Shown one piece after another: positions 1-10,182 of a stretch of 64,000 bases of DNA. The notes beneath the pieces were generated by a model. It was given only the letters and a program-made list of their open reading frames with translations. It did not search any database and had not been told where the DNA came from. The number at the start of each line of letters is the position of its first letter. Position 1 is the first letter of the stretch. The position numbers and the translations under genes are program-made. Source of the stretch: an uncultured candidatus Porisulfidus sp. (lineage in GTDB: Bacteria; Pseudomonadota; Gammaproteobacteria; Poriferisulfidales; Poriferisulfidaceae); contig OY288106.1 in assembly GCA_958431155.1 (NCBI GenBank), positions 317,937 through 381,936 on the forward strand. The letters run 5' to 3'.

Positions 1-95
1 TCGGCAGCCCCCCCGCCTGTCGCAGGAGTGACGGGGGACTGCCTGTCCGACGGTTTCGGGAGCCTGTGGGATGGCAGGCTCCTTTCCCCTGCCGG

Positions 96-2726
96 CTAGA
101 AAAAGTTCTCGACGCGCAACCCGACCATCGCGGTGCGCGGCTTGTTGGGCCGGGCGCCGTACGGGTGGCGAGCAACGAGATCTTCCTGATCGGTCACGTT
201 CTCCACGCGCGCGATGAGGCTGATGTTCTGGTTGATCCGGTAACTGCCGGACAAGTCCACGGTGAAGGACGAATCGGTTTTCTCGAACGCCCCGCAGGCC
301 GCTTTCACGCAAATCTCGTCGGAGTACTTGCCGCTGAGGTTGACTGACCAGTCCGTGCTCTCCAGTCCCATTGACACGCGCATCTGGTGCTCCGGGATGT
401 AGGGGAGCGGGTCGCCTTTCTCCACGTCGCCGAAGAACAGCGAGTCGGCGAAACTGGTGTCGAACTCGCCGTCGATATAGGTGTACGACAACGACAGCGG
501 CAGGTTGAGCGTCTCGTCGAGCGGCACGTTGGCCACGAACATGGCTTCCACGCCCTCGACGGTCGCGGCGTCGCCGTTGAAGGCGTCGCCGGGCTCGCAA
601 TTGCCGCCGGACGAGTTGGTGCACTCGCCGACCAGGTTTTCATAGTCGCTGTAGAACGCGATAACCTCGCCGCGCACGTGAGTGCCGGCGTAGCGGACCC
701 CGAGCTCGTAGTTGTCCGCCTCTTCCTCTTTAACGCCAGGCGAGTTGCTCGGCGCGCTGAAGCCCTTGTGGTAGCCGGCCAGCACGGACCAGTTGTCGTC
801 GACGTTGAACAGGACGCCCATGCCCGGCAGGAACACCGAGGTGTCGTTCTTCCGGGTGGAGCGGAAGTTCGCGCGGGGGTTGCCCGGCTCCGGATCCTCC
901 CAGCGGGTCCGCTTCTGCTTGATGTCTTCGTAGCGGAAGCCCGGGGTGAAGACCCAGGAGCCCCACTCGATGCGATCGTGGACATAGACCGAGATCGCCT
1001 CGGCCTCCTGCAGCCGGTTGCCGGCGCTCTGGTGGCCCCAGTCCCCCGCATCGTGCAGGATGAGCTTTCCGTCTTTCTGGGTGTAGGCGTCGATGCGCTG
1101 GATGCGGTCTTCCTCATCCTCGTGGTAGCGCAAGCCGACTTCCACGTCGTGATGGGCACCGCCTAGCTCACCGTTCCAGTCGAGCCGGACCTGCACGCCG
1201 CGGGAGAAGTATTCCCGCGAATTGGATTTCAGCTGAATGCCGCCCTCGGCGGTGTCTTCCGTGCCGTCCAGGATGCCTTGCAGCCTCTCGTTGCTGAAGT
1301 AGTCGATGGATTCCCCTGTGCCGCTGGCGTTATGCCCCGCGAGCTCACCAATGAGATTGTTGGTCAGCGTGTCTACCCGGCTGTTGAGATCGGTTTCCGT
1401 GACGGAATCTCCGACGAGCTTCGACACTTCCGCCTTGACGCGTTTCGCGAGGGCTGCCTTGTCGTCGTCGTAGGAATCCGCATTCGAGTCGGTCGTGATC
1501 AGCTTGGCATCACACTCGTCCTGGCTGTCGCCCGCCACGGTGCTGCGCCCTTTCGAGAAGCTGATTTTGGCACTATCGACGGTGATGTCGTTCAACCCCG
1601 GATCCGCGCCGTCTGCGGAACCGTCCGCCAGCCCCAGGCCGCTCAAGGTGTGGGCCAGGCATCGCCCATCGCCCTTGTTGACAGTCTGGATGACGTTGTA
1701 CCAGCTGTCTCTCTCGAAGGAGTTCCCGTTGTCGGTGCCGTCGAGGTCAAGGCCTTCGGTCTTGAACCAGTTGCGCTCGTGCTCGTTGTTGTAGGCGGTC
1801 ATGGAGATCGCCAGGGAGTCGCTAGCCTTGAATCGGTAGCGGAGGATGTGCTGGTCGTGCTGGGTCTTGATGTTGTCCAGTTGCGACAGGCCGTAGCGGC
1901 GATAGGGATCCTTTCGGAAGTCCGCGTCGGTCAGGCCGAGGTAGCTCTGGTCGGAGTCCTGGTCCGCGTACTGGTACTTGAAGTCCAGTTGATGCCGCGA
2001 GTCCGGGGTCGCGTAACGGATCTTGAACGTATGGTCCTGGATGCCGAGCCCAGTGTCGCCGCCGTCGCGGTCAATCTTCTGGAAGCCGTCCGAGCCCCAG
2101 TCGTGGGTCTCGAACATCAGGCCGACGCCGGTGTCCGAGGTGAAGCCCGCATGCGCGTGCAGGCGGCGGTCGGAGTAGCCGCCGCCTTCGACCAGAAGGC
2201 CGCCGGCCATGTCGCGCGGGATCGGCGTGGAAATCATGTTCAGGGCTCCGCCGATGGTGTACGGCCCCTGGGTGATCGCGGCCGGGCCTTTCAGTACTTC
2301 GAAGGCGTGCATGCGGCCCGCCGTCGGGAAGTAGTAGGCGGATGGCGCGGAGTAGGGTGCCGGCGCGATCAGCACGCCGTCTTCCAACAGCGTGACGCGG
2401 CTGCTGCGCTCGGTCGGGGTGCCACGGATGCTGAGGTTGGGGCGCAGCCCGTAGCCGTCCTCAAGCTGTACGGAAACACCCGGCACTTCGCGGATGATGT
2501 CCTGGATGTCGGAGTAGTTGAACTTCAGTAATTCCTCGGGCCCGAGGAAGTGGGCCGAGCCAGCGGTCTCGTAGGCTTCCTGGTAGCCGCCGACGATGAT
2601 GACCTCGCGGTCGATGTCGGAGGAAAGTTCTTCCGCGGATACGGAGGTGGCGATGAGCAGAGCAAGGCTGCCGCACAGGCCCTTGGTCGGGCGGGGACTG
2701 GACATTCTTCCGGTTTTATTTGGCAT
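96..2726 (-). CDS. TonB-dependent outer-membrane receptor (about 876 aa from the Met at 2726; alternative Met at 2705)
   Basis: ORF 96..2861. Signal-peptide-like N-terminus (MSSPRPTKGLCGSLALLIATSVSAEE), plug-domain motifs (REVIIVGG, RGTPTERSSRVTLLEDGV) and a beta-barrel C-terminus ending ...MVGLRVENFF with a terminal aromatic residue. The 2727..2861 part of the ORF looks non-coding. Confidence 0.85.
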   Translation of the reverse strand: MPNKTGRMSSPRPTKGLCGSLALLIATSVSAEELSSDIDREVIIVGGYQEAYETAGSAHFLGPEELLKFNYSDIQDIIREVPGVSVQLEDGYGLRPNLSIRGTPTERSSRVTLLEDGVLIAPAPYSAPSAYYFPTAGRMHAFEVLKGPAAITQGPYTIGGALNMISTPIPRDMAGGLLVEGGGYSDRRLHAHAGFTSDTGVGLMFETHDWGSDGFQKIDRDGGDTGLGIQDHTFKIRYATPDSRHQLDFKYQYADQDSDQSYLGLTDADFRKDPYRRYGLSQLDNIKTQHDQHILRYRFKASDSLAISMTAYNNEHERNWFKTEGLDLDGTDNGNSFERDSWYNVIQTVNKGDGRCLAHTLSGLGLADGSADGADPGLNDITVDSAKISFSKGRSTVAGDSQDECDAKLITTDSNADSYDDDKAALAKRVKAEVSKLVGDSVTETDLNSRVDTLTNNLIGELAGHNASGTGESIDYFSNERLQGILDGTEDTAEGGIQLKSNSREYFSRGVQVRLDWNGELGGAHHDVEVGLRYHEDEEDRIQRIDAYTQKDGKLILHDAGDWGHQSAGNRLQEAEAISVYVHDRIEWGSWVFTPGFRYEDIKQKRTRWEDPEPGNPRANFRSTRKNDTSVFLPGMGVLFNVDDNWSVLAGYHKGFSAPSNSPGVKEEEADNYELGVRYAGTHVRGEVIAFYSDYENLVGECTNSSGGNCEPGDAFNGDAATVEGVEAMFVANVPLDETLNLPLSLSYTYIDGEFDTSFADSLFFGDVEKGDPLPYIPEHQMRVSMGLESTDWSVNLSGKYSDEICVKAACGAFEKTDSSFTVDLSGSYRINQNISLIARVENVTDQEDLVARHPYGARPNKPRTAMVGLRVENFF

Positions 2727-2773
2727 GGTGTTTCCCAAAAAGTAGGCATCCCACACCTGCGATACAAATAGTA

Positions 2774-2792
2774 TATCAGAATCATTCTCATT
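2774..2792 (-). promoter_or_regulatory. AT-rich 9-1-9 dyad (TATCAGAAT-c-ATTCTCATT), possibly a Fur-type operator for the receptor gene
   Basis: 7 of 9 arm positions are self-complementary. It lies about 50-65 nt upstream of the receptor start in the divergent intergenic region. It resembles the Fur-box consensus only partially. Confidence 0.3.
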
Positions 2793-2936
2793 TGTATATT
2801 GGTTCTTATTTGTTGCCGTAGGTGGGAATCCGGAACGCTTCTGAGATGGCGGCAGTGCCATAATGACGGCCGAACACGCGGCTTCCCGTGGATTACCCGG
2901 AATGTGAGGGAGGGCGTGTCCCGAAGGAGATCCTTG

Positions 2937-3878
2937 ATGGACCGGCAGCCTGCCTCAGACCCCGTGATTCCACCATCGCTGGACATCCACTTCGGGGACA
3001 ACCTTCCTATCCTTCGGCGGTTCGCGGAGAAAACCTTCCACCTGATCTACATTGACCCGCCGTTCAACACGGGGAAGACCCAGACGCGGGCGCGGTTGAA
3101 GACGACCCGGGATGCCGATGGCGACCGCACTGGCTTCCAGGGGCAGAAATACCGGACCACCCGGCTCGGCAGCCTGGAATTCAAGGATGCCTTCTCCGAC
3201 TACCTCGCCTTCCTCGGGCCGAGGCTGCAGGAGGCGTACCGGCTCCTGCATCCAGCAGGTTCGCTGTTCCTCCACGTCGACTACCGGGAGGTGCACTATT
3301 GCAAGGTCCTGCTGGACCGGATCTTCGCCCGGGAGTGCTTCATCAACGAGATCGTCTGGGCGTACGACTACGGGGGAAGGTCCCGGAAGCGCTGGTCGCC
3401 CAAGCACGACAATATCCTCTGGTACGCGAAGAATCCCAAGGATTACACGTACCGCTACGACGACATCGACCGAATTCCCTACATGGCTCCTGGGCTGGTG
3501 GGACCGAAAAAAGCCGCCCGGGGCAAGACGCCGACCGACACCTGGTGGCAGACGGTGGTCAGCCCGACCGGCAAGGAGAAGACGGGCTACCCGACGCAGA
3601 AACCGCGGGCGATCCTGGACCGGATCGTGAAGGTTCACTCCAATCCCGGGGATCGGGTGCTCGACTTCTTTGCGGGCAGCGGGACGACCGGGGAGGCCGC
3701 GGTGCGGGCTGGGCGCAGCGCGGTGCTCATCGACAGCCATCCCGATGCGATTCGGATCATGAAGAAGCGGCTCGCGTTCGCGAAGCCGGCCTTGCACGGC
3801 ATGAAGCGGGCACCGTCGCGCAAGCTGCCGAAGCGCCCCTCCGGCCGGGGCCGTCCGGAGGTGCCCGAAAGGCCCTGA
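2937..3878 (+). CDS. Beta-class (motif IV before motif I) DNA methyltransferase, probably N6-adenine; no restriction partner nearby
   Basis: DPPFNTG (DPPY-type catalytic motif) lies N-terminal to VLDFFAGSGTTGEAA (the FxGxG SAM motif), and TGYPTQKP is present. ATG at 2937 chosen inside ORF 2799..3878. Confidence 0.85.
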   Translation: MDRQPASDPVIPPSLDIHFGDNLPILRRFAEKTFHLIYIDPPFNTGKTQTRARLKTTRDADGDRTGFQGQKYRTTRLGSLEFKDAFSDYLAFLGPRLQEAYRLLHPAGSLFLHVDYREVHYCKVLLDRIFARECFINEIVWAYDYGGRSRKRWSPKHDNILWYAKNPKDYTYRYDDIDRIPYMAPGLVGPKKAARGKTPTDTWWQTVVSPTGKEKTGYPTQKPRAILDRIVKVHSNPGDRVLDFFAGSGTTGEAAVRAGRSAVLIDSHPDAIRIMKKRLAFAKPALHGMKRAPSRKLPKRPSGRGRPEVPERP

Positions 3879-3932
3879 CTCTCCCGGATCGCATGGCGAG
3901 CCGAAAATCGAGTAAGGTATAATGGCCTCCCG

Positions 3933-3968
3933 AAAACGCATCTCCCGCGTTCGGGGCTGCGTTTTTTT
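3933..3968 (+). terminator. Candidate rho-independent terminator after the methyltransferase gene
   Basis: AAAACGCA...TGCGTTTT outer stem with an inner CCCG/CGGG stem, followed by a T-run (gcgttttttt). Confidence 0.45.
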
Positions 3969-4005
3969 GATTGACTCAAACTGAACAACCAGCCAACTTC
4001 CCAGC

Positions 4006-5160
4006 ATGAGAATCGGGATTCCAAAAGAAATCCGCCCGGGCGAGAACCGGGTGGCGATTTCCCCTGACGCAATCAAGAAACTGACCGGCATGGGGGTCGA
4101 GGTCGTGGTGGAGGCCGGTTGTGGAACCGGTTCCTGCGTGACCGACGAACAATACCAGGAAGCCGGGGCCAGCGTCGCTCCGGATGCCGCCGCCACGCTC
4201 GGCAACGCGGACCTGGTCTTCAAGATCCAGCGGCCGATGACGGCCGAGGAAGGAATGGACGAGATCGCCCTGATGAAGGAAGGCGCGATCCTGGTCGGCC
4301 ACCTGGCGACCCTCTCCAGCCCCAACTCCGCGCGGAGCTACAACGCGCGCAGGCTCACCACCTTCGCCGTGGACCTGATGCCGCGCATCAGCCGCGCGCA
4401 GTCCATGGACGTGCTCTCTTCGCAGAGCAACCTGGCCGGCTACAAGGCGGTCGTGGATGCCGCCACCGAGCACGTCAGCGCTTTCCCGATGATGATGACC
4501 GCGGCTGGCACCGTGGCGCCCGCACGCGTGTTCGTGATGGGTGTCGGCGTGGCGGGCCTGCAGGCCATCGCTACCGCCAAGCGCCTCGGCGCGGTAGTCA
4601 CCGCCTACGACGTGCGCCCCGCCACCCGCGAGCAGGTCGAAAGCCTGGGCGGCAAGTTCCTGATCGTGGACGAAGAAGCGATGAAGGATGCCGAGACCTC
4701 CGGCGGCTACGCCAAGGAGATGACCGAAGACTACAAGCGCAAGGAGCGCGAGGTCATCGCCGGGCATATCAAGGAACAGGACATCGTGATCACCACCGCG
4801 CTCATCCCGGGCCGTCCGGCACCGATCCTGGTGACGCGCGAGATGGTCGAGTCGATGAAGCCGGGTTCGGTGATCGTCGATTTGGCGGTCGAGACCGGCG
4901 GCAACTGCGAATGCGCCGAACGCGGCGTGGTGGCCGAGCACCAGGGCGTGCGCATCATCGGCTACGACAACATGCCGGCGCGGCTCGCGCGCGACGCGAG
5001 CAACCTGTTCGCCAAGAACATTCTTAATTTCCTGACCCCGCACATCGACGCGGAGAACGGTGCCCTCAACCTCGACTGGGAGGACGAGACGGTCGCCGAG
5101 ACCGCGCTGACGCGCGATGGCGAGGTCGTCAATGCCCGGATCAAGGAGCTGATGTCATGA
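4006..5160 (+). CDS. pntAA: NAD(P) transhydrogenase alpha subunit, part 1 (dI)
   Basis: Alanine-dehydrogenase-like fold with a Rossmann motif ([14 protein letters not shown]). It is followed by the two membrane subunits in the canonical order. Confidence 0.95.
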   Translation: MRIGIPKEIRPGENRVAISPDAIKKLTGMGVEVVVEAGCGTGSCVTDEQYQEAGASVAPDAAATLGNADLVFKIQRPMTAEEGMDEIALMKEGAILVGHLATLSSPNSARSYNARRLTTFAVDLMPRISRAQSMDVLSSQSNLAGYKAVVDAATEHVSAFPMMMTAAGTVAPARVFVMGVGVAGLQAIATAKRLGAVVTAYDVRPATREQVESLGGKFLIVDEEAMKDAETSGGYAKEMTEDYKRKEREVIAGHIKEQDIVITTALIPGRPAPILVTREMVESMKPGSVIVDLAVETGGNCECAERGVVAEHQGVRIIGYDNMPARLARDASNLFAKNILNFLTPHIDAENGALNLDWEDETVAETALTRDGEVVNARIKELMS

Positions 5161-5552
5161 TGCTCGACGCCACCGTATTCACCCAGGGCTTAGTCCAGGT
5201 CTCGGAAGTCGCGAGCTTCGCGATGTCCGCAGCCGGCGCGGGAGATGCCGCGGCCGGGGGGACCTCGTTCCTGAACCTGTTCACCGTATTCGTATTGGCC
5301 TGCTTCGTCGGTTTCTATGTCGTGTGGAGCGTGACTCCGGCACTGCATTCGCCGCTGCTGGCGGTCACCAACGCCATCTCCTCGGTCATCATCGTCGGCG
5401 GCCTGCTGGCCGCGGGCCCGGCGGCCGAACTGGCGGACGTGGACTTCTCCAGCCTGATGGGCTTCTTGGCCGTTACGCTGGCCTCGGTCAACATCTTCGG
5501 CGGGTTCCTGGTGACCCAGCGGATGCTGGCCATGTTCAAGAAGAAGAAATAA
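5157..5552 (+). CDS. pntAB: NAD(P) transhydrogenase alpha subunit, part 2 (membrane dII-alpha)
   Basis: Small hydrophobic protein. Its start overlaps the pntAA stop (ATGATG), and its position between pntAA and pntB is canonical. Confidence 0.9.
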   Translation: MMLDATVFTQGLVQVSEVASFAMSAAGAGDAAAGGTSFLNLFTVFVLACFVGFYVVWSVTPALHSPLLAVTNAISSVIIVGGLLAAGPAAELADVDFSSLMGFLAVTLASVNIFGGFLVTQRMLAMFKKKK

Positions 5553-5570
5553 GCGGGCGAGGGTAGAGAC

Positions 5571-6959
5571 ATGAGTGCAAGCTGGACCGGATTCGCCTAC
5601 TTGGTCGCCGCCGTGTGCTTCATCATGGCGCTGCGCGGGCTGTCGTCACCGACCTCGGCGCGCCAGGGCAACGTGATGGGCATCATCGGCATGGTCATCG
5701 CCGTGGTCACCACATTGCTGGACCCGGAGGTGATCAGTTACGAAATCATCCTCGCCGGCATCCTCGTTGGTGGCTCGATCGGGACGCTGGTGGCGTTCCG
5801 CATCAACATGACGGCGCTGCCGCAGTTGGTGGCCGCTTTCCACTCGCTGGTCGGCATGGCCGCCGTGCTGGTGGCGATTGCCGCGTTCTACAATCCGGAG
5901 GCCTACGGCATCGGAAGCTTCGGCAACATCGGCACCGCTTCGCTGATCGAGATGAGCATTGGTGCCGCCGTCGGCGCGATCACCTTCTCCGGCTCCGTGG
6001 TGGCATTTGCCAAGCTGCAGGGCCTGGTCAGCGGCAACCCGGTGGTATTCCCGCTGCAGCACCCGCTCAATGCCGCGGTTGGCATCGCTATCGTCGGCTT
6101 GGTCGTCGCACTGGTCTTCGCGCAGGACCCGACTTCGTTCTGGGCGATCGTGATCCTGTCTTTCCTGATCGGCTTTTTGATCATCATCCCGATCGGCGGC
6201 GCGGACATGCCGGTGGTTGTGTCCATGCTGAACTCTTACTCTGGCTGGGCCGCCTGCGGCATCGGCTTCACGCTGAGCAATATATCGCTGATTATTACCG
6301 GCGCGTTGGTCGGCTCGTCCGGCGCGATCCTGAGCTACATCATGTGCAAGGGCATGAACCGGTCCATCTTCAATGTCTTGTTGGGCGGATTCGGCGGTGA
6401 CACGGTGGCGGTGGCAGCGCAGGCAACTGGCAGCCGTTCGGTCAAGCGGGGCAGCGCGGACGACGCGGCCTTTATCATGAGCAACGCCAACATGGTGATC
6501 GTGGTGCCGGGCTACGGCATGGCGGTAGCTCAGGCGCAGCACGCACTGCGTGAAATGGGCGACCTGCTGAAGGAGAAGGGTGTCGACGTCAAATACGCCA
6601 TCCACCCGGTGGCCGGGCGCATGCCGGGTCACATGAACGTGTTGCTGGCGGAAGCCTCGGTGCCGTACGATGAAGTGTTCGAGCTCGAGGAAATCAATCA
6701 CGAGTTCTCGACCGCCGACGTGGCGTTCGTAATCGGCGCCAACGACGTCACCAACCCACTGGCCAAGACGGATCCGACCAGCCCGATCTACGGCATGCCG
6801 ATCCTGGATGTCGAGAAGGCGGCCACGACCCTGTTCATCAAACGCTCCCTGGGTTCCGGCTACGCCGGCGTGGACAACGAACTGTTCTTCCGCGACAAGA
6901 CCATGATGCTGTTTGGGGACGCCAAGAAGATGACCGAGGAAATCGTCCAGGCCCTATAG
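5571..6959 (+). CDS. pntB: NAD(P) transhydrogenase beta subunit
   Basis: Multi-TM N-terminal half plus a dIII NADP(H) domain (VIVVPGYGMAVAQAQH, HPVAGRMPGHMNVLLAEA). Confidence 0.95.
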   Translation: MSASWTGFAYLVAAVCFIMALRGLSSPTSARQGNVMGIIGMVIAVVTTLLDPEVISYEIILAGILVGGSIGTLVAFRINMTALPQLVAAFHSLVGMAAVLVAIAAFYNPEAYGIGSFGNIGTASLIEMSIGAAVGAITFSGSVVAFAKLQGLVSGNPVVFPLQHPLNAAVGIAIVGLVVALVFAQDPTSFWAIVILSFLIGFLIIIPIGGADMPVVVSMLNSYSGWAACGIGFTLSNISLIITGALVGSSGAILSYIMCKGMNRSIFNVLLGGFGGDTVAVAAQATGSRSVKRGSADDAAFIMSNANMVIVVPGYGMAVAQAQHALREMGDLLKEKGVDVKYAIHPVAGRMPGHMNVLLAEASVPYDEVFELEEINHEFSTADVAFVIGANDVTNPLAKTDPTSPIYGMPILDVEKAATTLFIKRSLGSGYAGVDNELFFRDKTMMLFGDAKKMTEEIVQAL

Positions 6960-6965
6960 GCTCAA

Positions 6966-7643
6966 TTGAGTCGCCTGCACGACATTCTCGGCCTGCTGCG
7001 CCGGCAGCATTCCACCCCCCTGCGAAGCAGCCGTTTCGGCTGGTGGCCCGCGCGCAGCGCCTTCGAGTTGATGGTTGGCGCCATCCTCACGCAGAACACC
7101 GCCTGGGTCAATGTCGAGAAATCCATCGCCCGCCTGCGCGAGGCCGGCTGCCTCAACGCCAAAGCGATCCTGGCCCTGTCGCCCGAACAACTGGCCGAAC
7201 TGATCCGTTCGTCCGGCTACTACAACGTCAAGCAGAAGCGCCTGCGCGCCCTGTGCCAGTGGTACCGGGAACGGGGACCGCTGCACCGGCTGAAGCGACG
7301 GGATACCGAGGAGTTGCGTGCAGAACTGCTGTCCGTCCATGGCGTCGGCCCGGAGACGGCGGACGACATCCTGCTGTACGCCCTCGGCCGGCCGGTGTTC
7401 GTGGTGGACGCCTACACCCGGCGGGTGTTCTCAAGAATGGGCTTGGTGTCGTCGCGGGTCGGCTACGAGGAGTTGCGCCAGCTGTTCGAGCGCGAATTGC
7501 CGCGCGACGCAAAGTTGTACAACGAGTACCACGCGCGCATCGTGCTGCACGGCAAGCGGGTCTGCCTGGCGCGCGAGCCGCGCTGCGGGGAATGCCGCCT
7601 GCGGTCCCGCTGCGCCTACGGACAGGCGGTGGAGTTTAGCTGA
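6966..7643 (+). CDS. Endonuclease III-related HhH-GPD DNA glycosylase family protein
   Basis: HhH-GPD region (LLSVHGVGPETADDILLYA...VVDAY) and a C-terminal Cys cluster (CLAREPRCGECRLRSRC). A TTG start is inferred. Confidence 0.8.
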   Translation: MSRLHDILGLLRRQHSTPLRSSRFGWWPARSAFELMVGAILTQNTAWVNVEKSIARLREAGCLNAKAILALSPEQLAELIRSSGYYNVKQKRLRALCQWYRERGPLHRLKRRDTEELRAELLSVHGVGPETADDILLYALGRPVFVVDAYTRRVFSRMGLVSSRVGYEELRQLFERELPRDAKLYNEYHARIVLHGKRVCLAREPRCGECRLRSRCAYGQAVEFS

Positions 7644-8394
7644 GTAGAACGGTGCGCCCGGTGATGCCGCGGCTGTCCGAACCCAGGAAATAGACGAAGG
7701 CGGGCGCGACCTCTTCCGGAGCCGTGTGCGCGCCACCGGGTTCGCCGGGATAGTTCTGCCGGCGCAGTCGTGTCTCCACGGCCCCCGGGTCGATGCCGTT
7801 GACCCGGATCGGGCGATCGCCGTCCAGCTCCTGCGACAGGATCTCGACCAGTCCCGCAAGTCCCGCCTTGGCCACGCCGTAGGCGCCCCAGTAGGGGCGT
7901 TGCGACTGCCCGTCGAGCGTGAACGCGATCGCGGGATCCTCCGCCTTGTCGAGCAGGGGGAGGCAGGCCTGGGTCAGAAACCAGGGTGCCAGCAGGTTGA
8001 CGCGCGCGAGCCGGGTCCAGTCGGCCGGCTCAAGCAGTCGCATCGGGCGCAGCCCGCCGACCAGCCCGGCATTGTGCAGCAGCCCGTCCAGGCGGCCGAA
8101 GTCCTGGTCGATTCGCTCGGCCACCTGCGCATAGTCGCCGATCGTCGCGCCGTTGAGGTCGAGCGGGAGGATGACGGGCTCCGGCCCGCCCGCCTCGCGG
8201 ATTCGATCGTAGGTCATTTCCAGCCGCGGGACGTCGCGGGCCAGCAGAATGACCGTGGCGCCGACCTCGGCGCAAGCGCAGGCGCAGGCCCGGCCGATGC
8301 CGGAACTCGCGCCGGTGACCAGCACCACGCGGTCGGCGAGGGCGTCGGGGGACGGTGCGTATTCGGCCTGCTCTTGGGCTGCGTCAGGCGGCAT
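7636..8394 (-). CDS. Short-chain dehydrogenase/reductase (YciK-like)
   Basis: TGASSGIGRA cofactor motif, NAG, and YxxxK (YGVAKAG). Confidence 0.85.
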   Translation of the reverse strand: MPPDAAQEQAEYAPSPDALADRVVLVTGASSGIGRACACACAEVGATVILLARDVPRLEMTYDRIREAGGPEPVILPLDLNGATIGDYAQVAERIDQDFGRLDGLLHNAGLVGGLRPMRLLEPADWTRLARVNLLAPWFLTQACLPLLDKAEDPAIAFTLDGQSQRPYWGAYGVAKAGLAGLVEILSQELDGDRPIRVNGIDPGAVETRLRRQNYPGEPGGAHTAPEEVAPAFVYFLGSDSRGITGRTVLLS

Positions 8395-9517
8395 CGTCAG
8401 AGGAGTCCTTCGAAGACGTCACGTGACGCGGGATATGCGTTAGCTCCTCAACGTCGGCGTTCTTCTTGTGCGCGTCGACGCCGAGCTCGCGGAACTTGCT
8501 GGAGGTCGGCAGTACGCGCGACTCCCAGGAGCCGACCATCTGGTTGAAGCGCCCGACGCTGCCGCCGAGAGACTTGCCAAGGGCTGCCATGTGCTCGGAG
8601 AAGACGGCGACGCGATCGCATAGTTCGTAGCCGAGCCTGCGGATCTTCTCGGCGTTCTCCGCGACCTTCTGCTGGTTCCAGCCGTAGGCCACCGCGCGCA
8701 GGATCGCCATCAGGCTGCTTGGCGTGGCCAGCAGGACCTTCTTCTGCAGGGCGTCGTCCATCAACTCCGGGTCCTGCTCCAGCGCGGCGTTGAGGAACTG
8801 GTCGCCGGGCACGAACATCACCACGAAGTCGAGTGAATTCTCGCTTGCGAAGCCGGCCCAGTACTCCTTGCGGGACAGGTCCGTGACCATGGCGCGTACC
8901 GAGGCCGCGAACTCCCGCAGCAGTGCCTTCTGTCGTTCGGGGTCGGATTCGCGGTAGGCGTCGGAGTACTTCTGCAGGGGGGCCTTGGCATCGATCGGGA
9001 GCACCCGGTTCTCCGGTAGGCGCACCACCACGTCCGGTCGCCGGCCGCTGGCCTGCGCTTCCTGCTCTACGAAGTCGACGTGCGCGGTCATGCCGGCCAG
9101 TTCGATGATCCGCCGCAGTGTGACCTCGCCGTAGGAGCCGCGCACCTGCGGGCGGGCCAGCGCCTGCGACAGGGTCTGGGTTTCCCGGCGCAACTGCTCC
9201 TGCGAAGTGACCGCGTCCTGCAACTGCTGCGTCAACCGACCGTAGGCGGTGTGCCGATCCTTCTCGATGTCGTCGATCTGCTTGCGCGCGCGCTCCAGCG
9301 CCTCCTGCAGCGGCTTGAGTGTGGTCTCGAGCGAGTTGCGCTGGCGATCGGCGTTGCGTTCCAGGGCCTCGACCGAGAGTGCGGAGAAGCTTTCCTTGAG
9401 AGTCTGGTTGAGCTGGCCGAGGTGCTGCTGGTCGCGGCGCTGCGACACCCACAGGCCGACGATGATGCCGACCGACAGGCCGCACACGAACATCAGGGCC
9501 CAGATCCAGGTGTTCAC
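8384..9517 (-). CDS. rmuC: DNA recombination protein RmuC
   Basis: N-terminal TM helix, long coiled-coil, and the conserved RmuC C-terminal nuclease-like region (RPDVVVRLPENRVLPIDAK, FVVMFVPGDQF). A GTG at 9517 overlaps the gph stop; an alternative ATG lies at 9493. The remainder of ORF 8384..9730 overlaps gph. Confidence 0.85.
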   Translation of the reverse strand: MNTWIWALMFVCGLSVGIIVGLWVSQRRDQQHLGQLNQTLKESFSALSVEALERNADRQRNSLETTLKPLQEALERARKQIDDIEKDRHTAYGRLTQQLQDAVTSQEQLRRETQTLSQALARPQVRGSYGEVTLRRIIELAGMTAHVDFVEQEAQASGRRPDVVVRLPENRVLPIDAKAPLQKYSDAYRESDPERQKALLREFAASVRAMVTDLSRKEYWAGFASENSLDFVVMFVPGDQFLNAALEQDPELMDDALQKKVLLATPSSLMAILRAVAYGWNQQKVAENAEKIRRLGYELCDRVAVFSEHMAALGKSLGGSVGRFNQMVGSWESRVLPTSSKFRELGVDAHKKNADVEELTHIPRHVTSSKDSSDDAA

Positions 9518-10182
9518 GAGGACGAGCTGAGGAACGCCTTCAGTTCGGCGGGATGTTGGATGGTGGCGTCGCCCTCCCAGCTCGCGAGGTCGGTCTCGGG
9601 CCGGATGTAGCCGAACGCAGCGATCACGCCGGTCATGCCCGCGGCCCGGGCCGCCTGCATGTCGCGGGGGTCGTCGCCGAGGTACAGGCAGCGGTGGGCG
9701 TCCACGTCCATGCGGCGGGCGGCCTCCCACAGCGGCTCCGGGTGGGGCTTGCGGCGCGGCAGGGTGTCGCCGCTGACCAGGCAGGCGGGCGGGGTGGGGA
9801 AGTCCATGGTGTCGATGATCGCTCCCGCGAGGTTGCCGGACTTGTTGGTCACCACGCCCCAGGGCGTGCCGTTCTGGGCGAGGAATTCGAGCAGGTCCGT
9901 CATGCCGTCGAACAGCACCGTCTCACGGCAGGGGGTCTCGGCGTAAAGCTCCAGCAGCCGCGCCACCCGGCGCTCTTCCTGGCCGTCGCTGAGGCCGTCC
10001 CCGAAGGCCAGCCGGATCAGCGCCCGGGCGCCTTGCGAGACGCAGTTGCGGGCGACGTCGTAGTCAACCGGCGGGCGGTTCTCTTCCAGGCAGAGCGCGT
10101 TGAGGACGGGGACGAGGTCGCGCGCGGTGTCGGCCAAGGTTCCGTCCAGGTCCATGAGCACGCCTTGGATGGGATGGGGCAC
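9514..10182 (-). CDS. gph: HAD-superfamily phosphatase (phosphoglycolate phosphatase / MupP-like)
   Basis: DLDGTLADT motif I, VTNK motif II, and GDDPRD motif IV. Confidence 0.85.
   Translation of the reverse strand: MPHPIQGVLMDLDGTLADTARDLVPVLNALCLEENRPPVDYDVARNCVSQGARALIRLAFGDGLSDGQEERRVARLLELYAETPCRETVLFDGMTDLLEFLAQNGTPWGVVTNKSGNLAGAIIDTMDFPTPPACLVSGDTLPRRKPHPEPLWEAARRMDVDAHRCLYLGDDPRDMQAARAAGMTGVIAAFGYIRPETDLASWEGDATIQHPAELKAFLSSSS

Noticed and set aside
2727-2936. Possible cobalamin riboswitch in the leader of the TonB-dependent receptor
   Set aside because: Only loose resemblances (GGCACTGCC, GGGAAGCC) appear, in the wrong order. There is no convincing B12 box. The AT-rich dyad close to the start leaves too short a leader.
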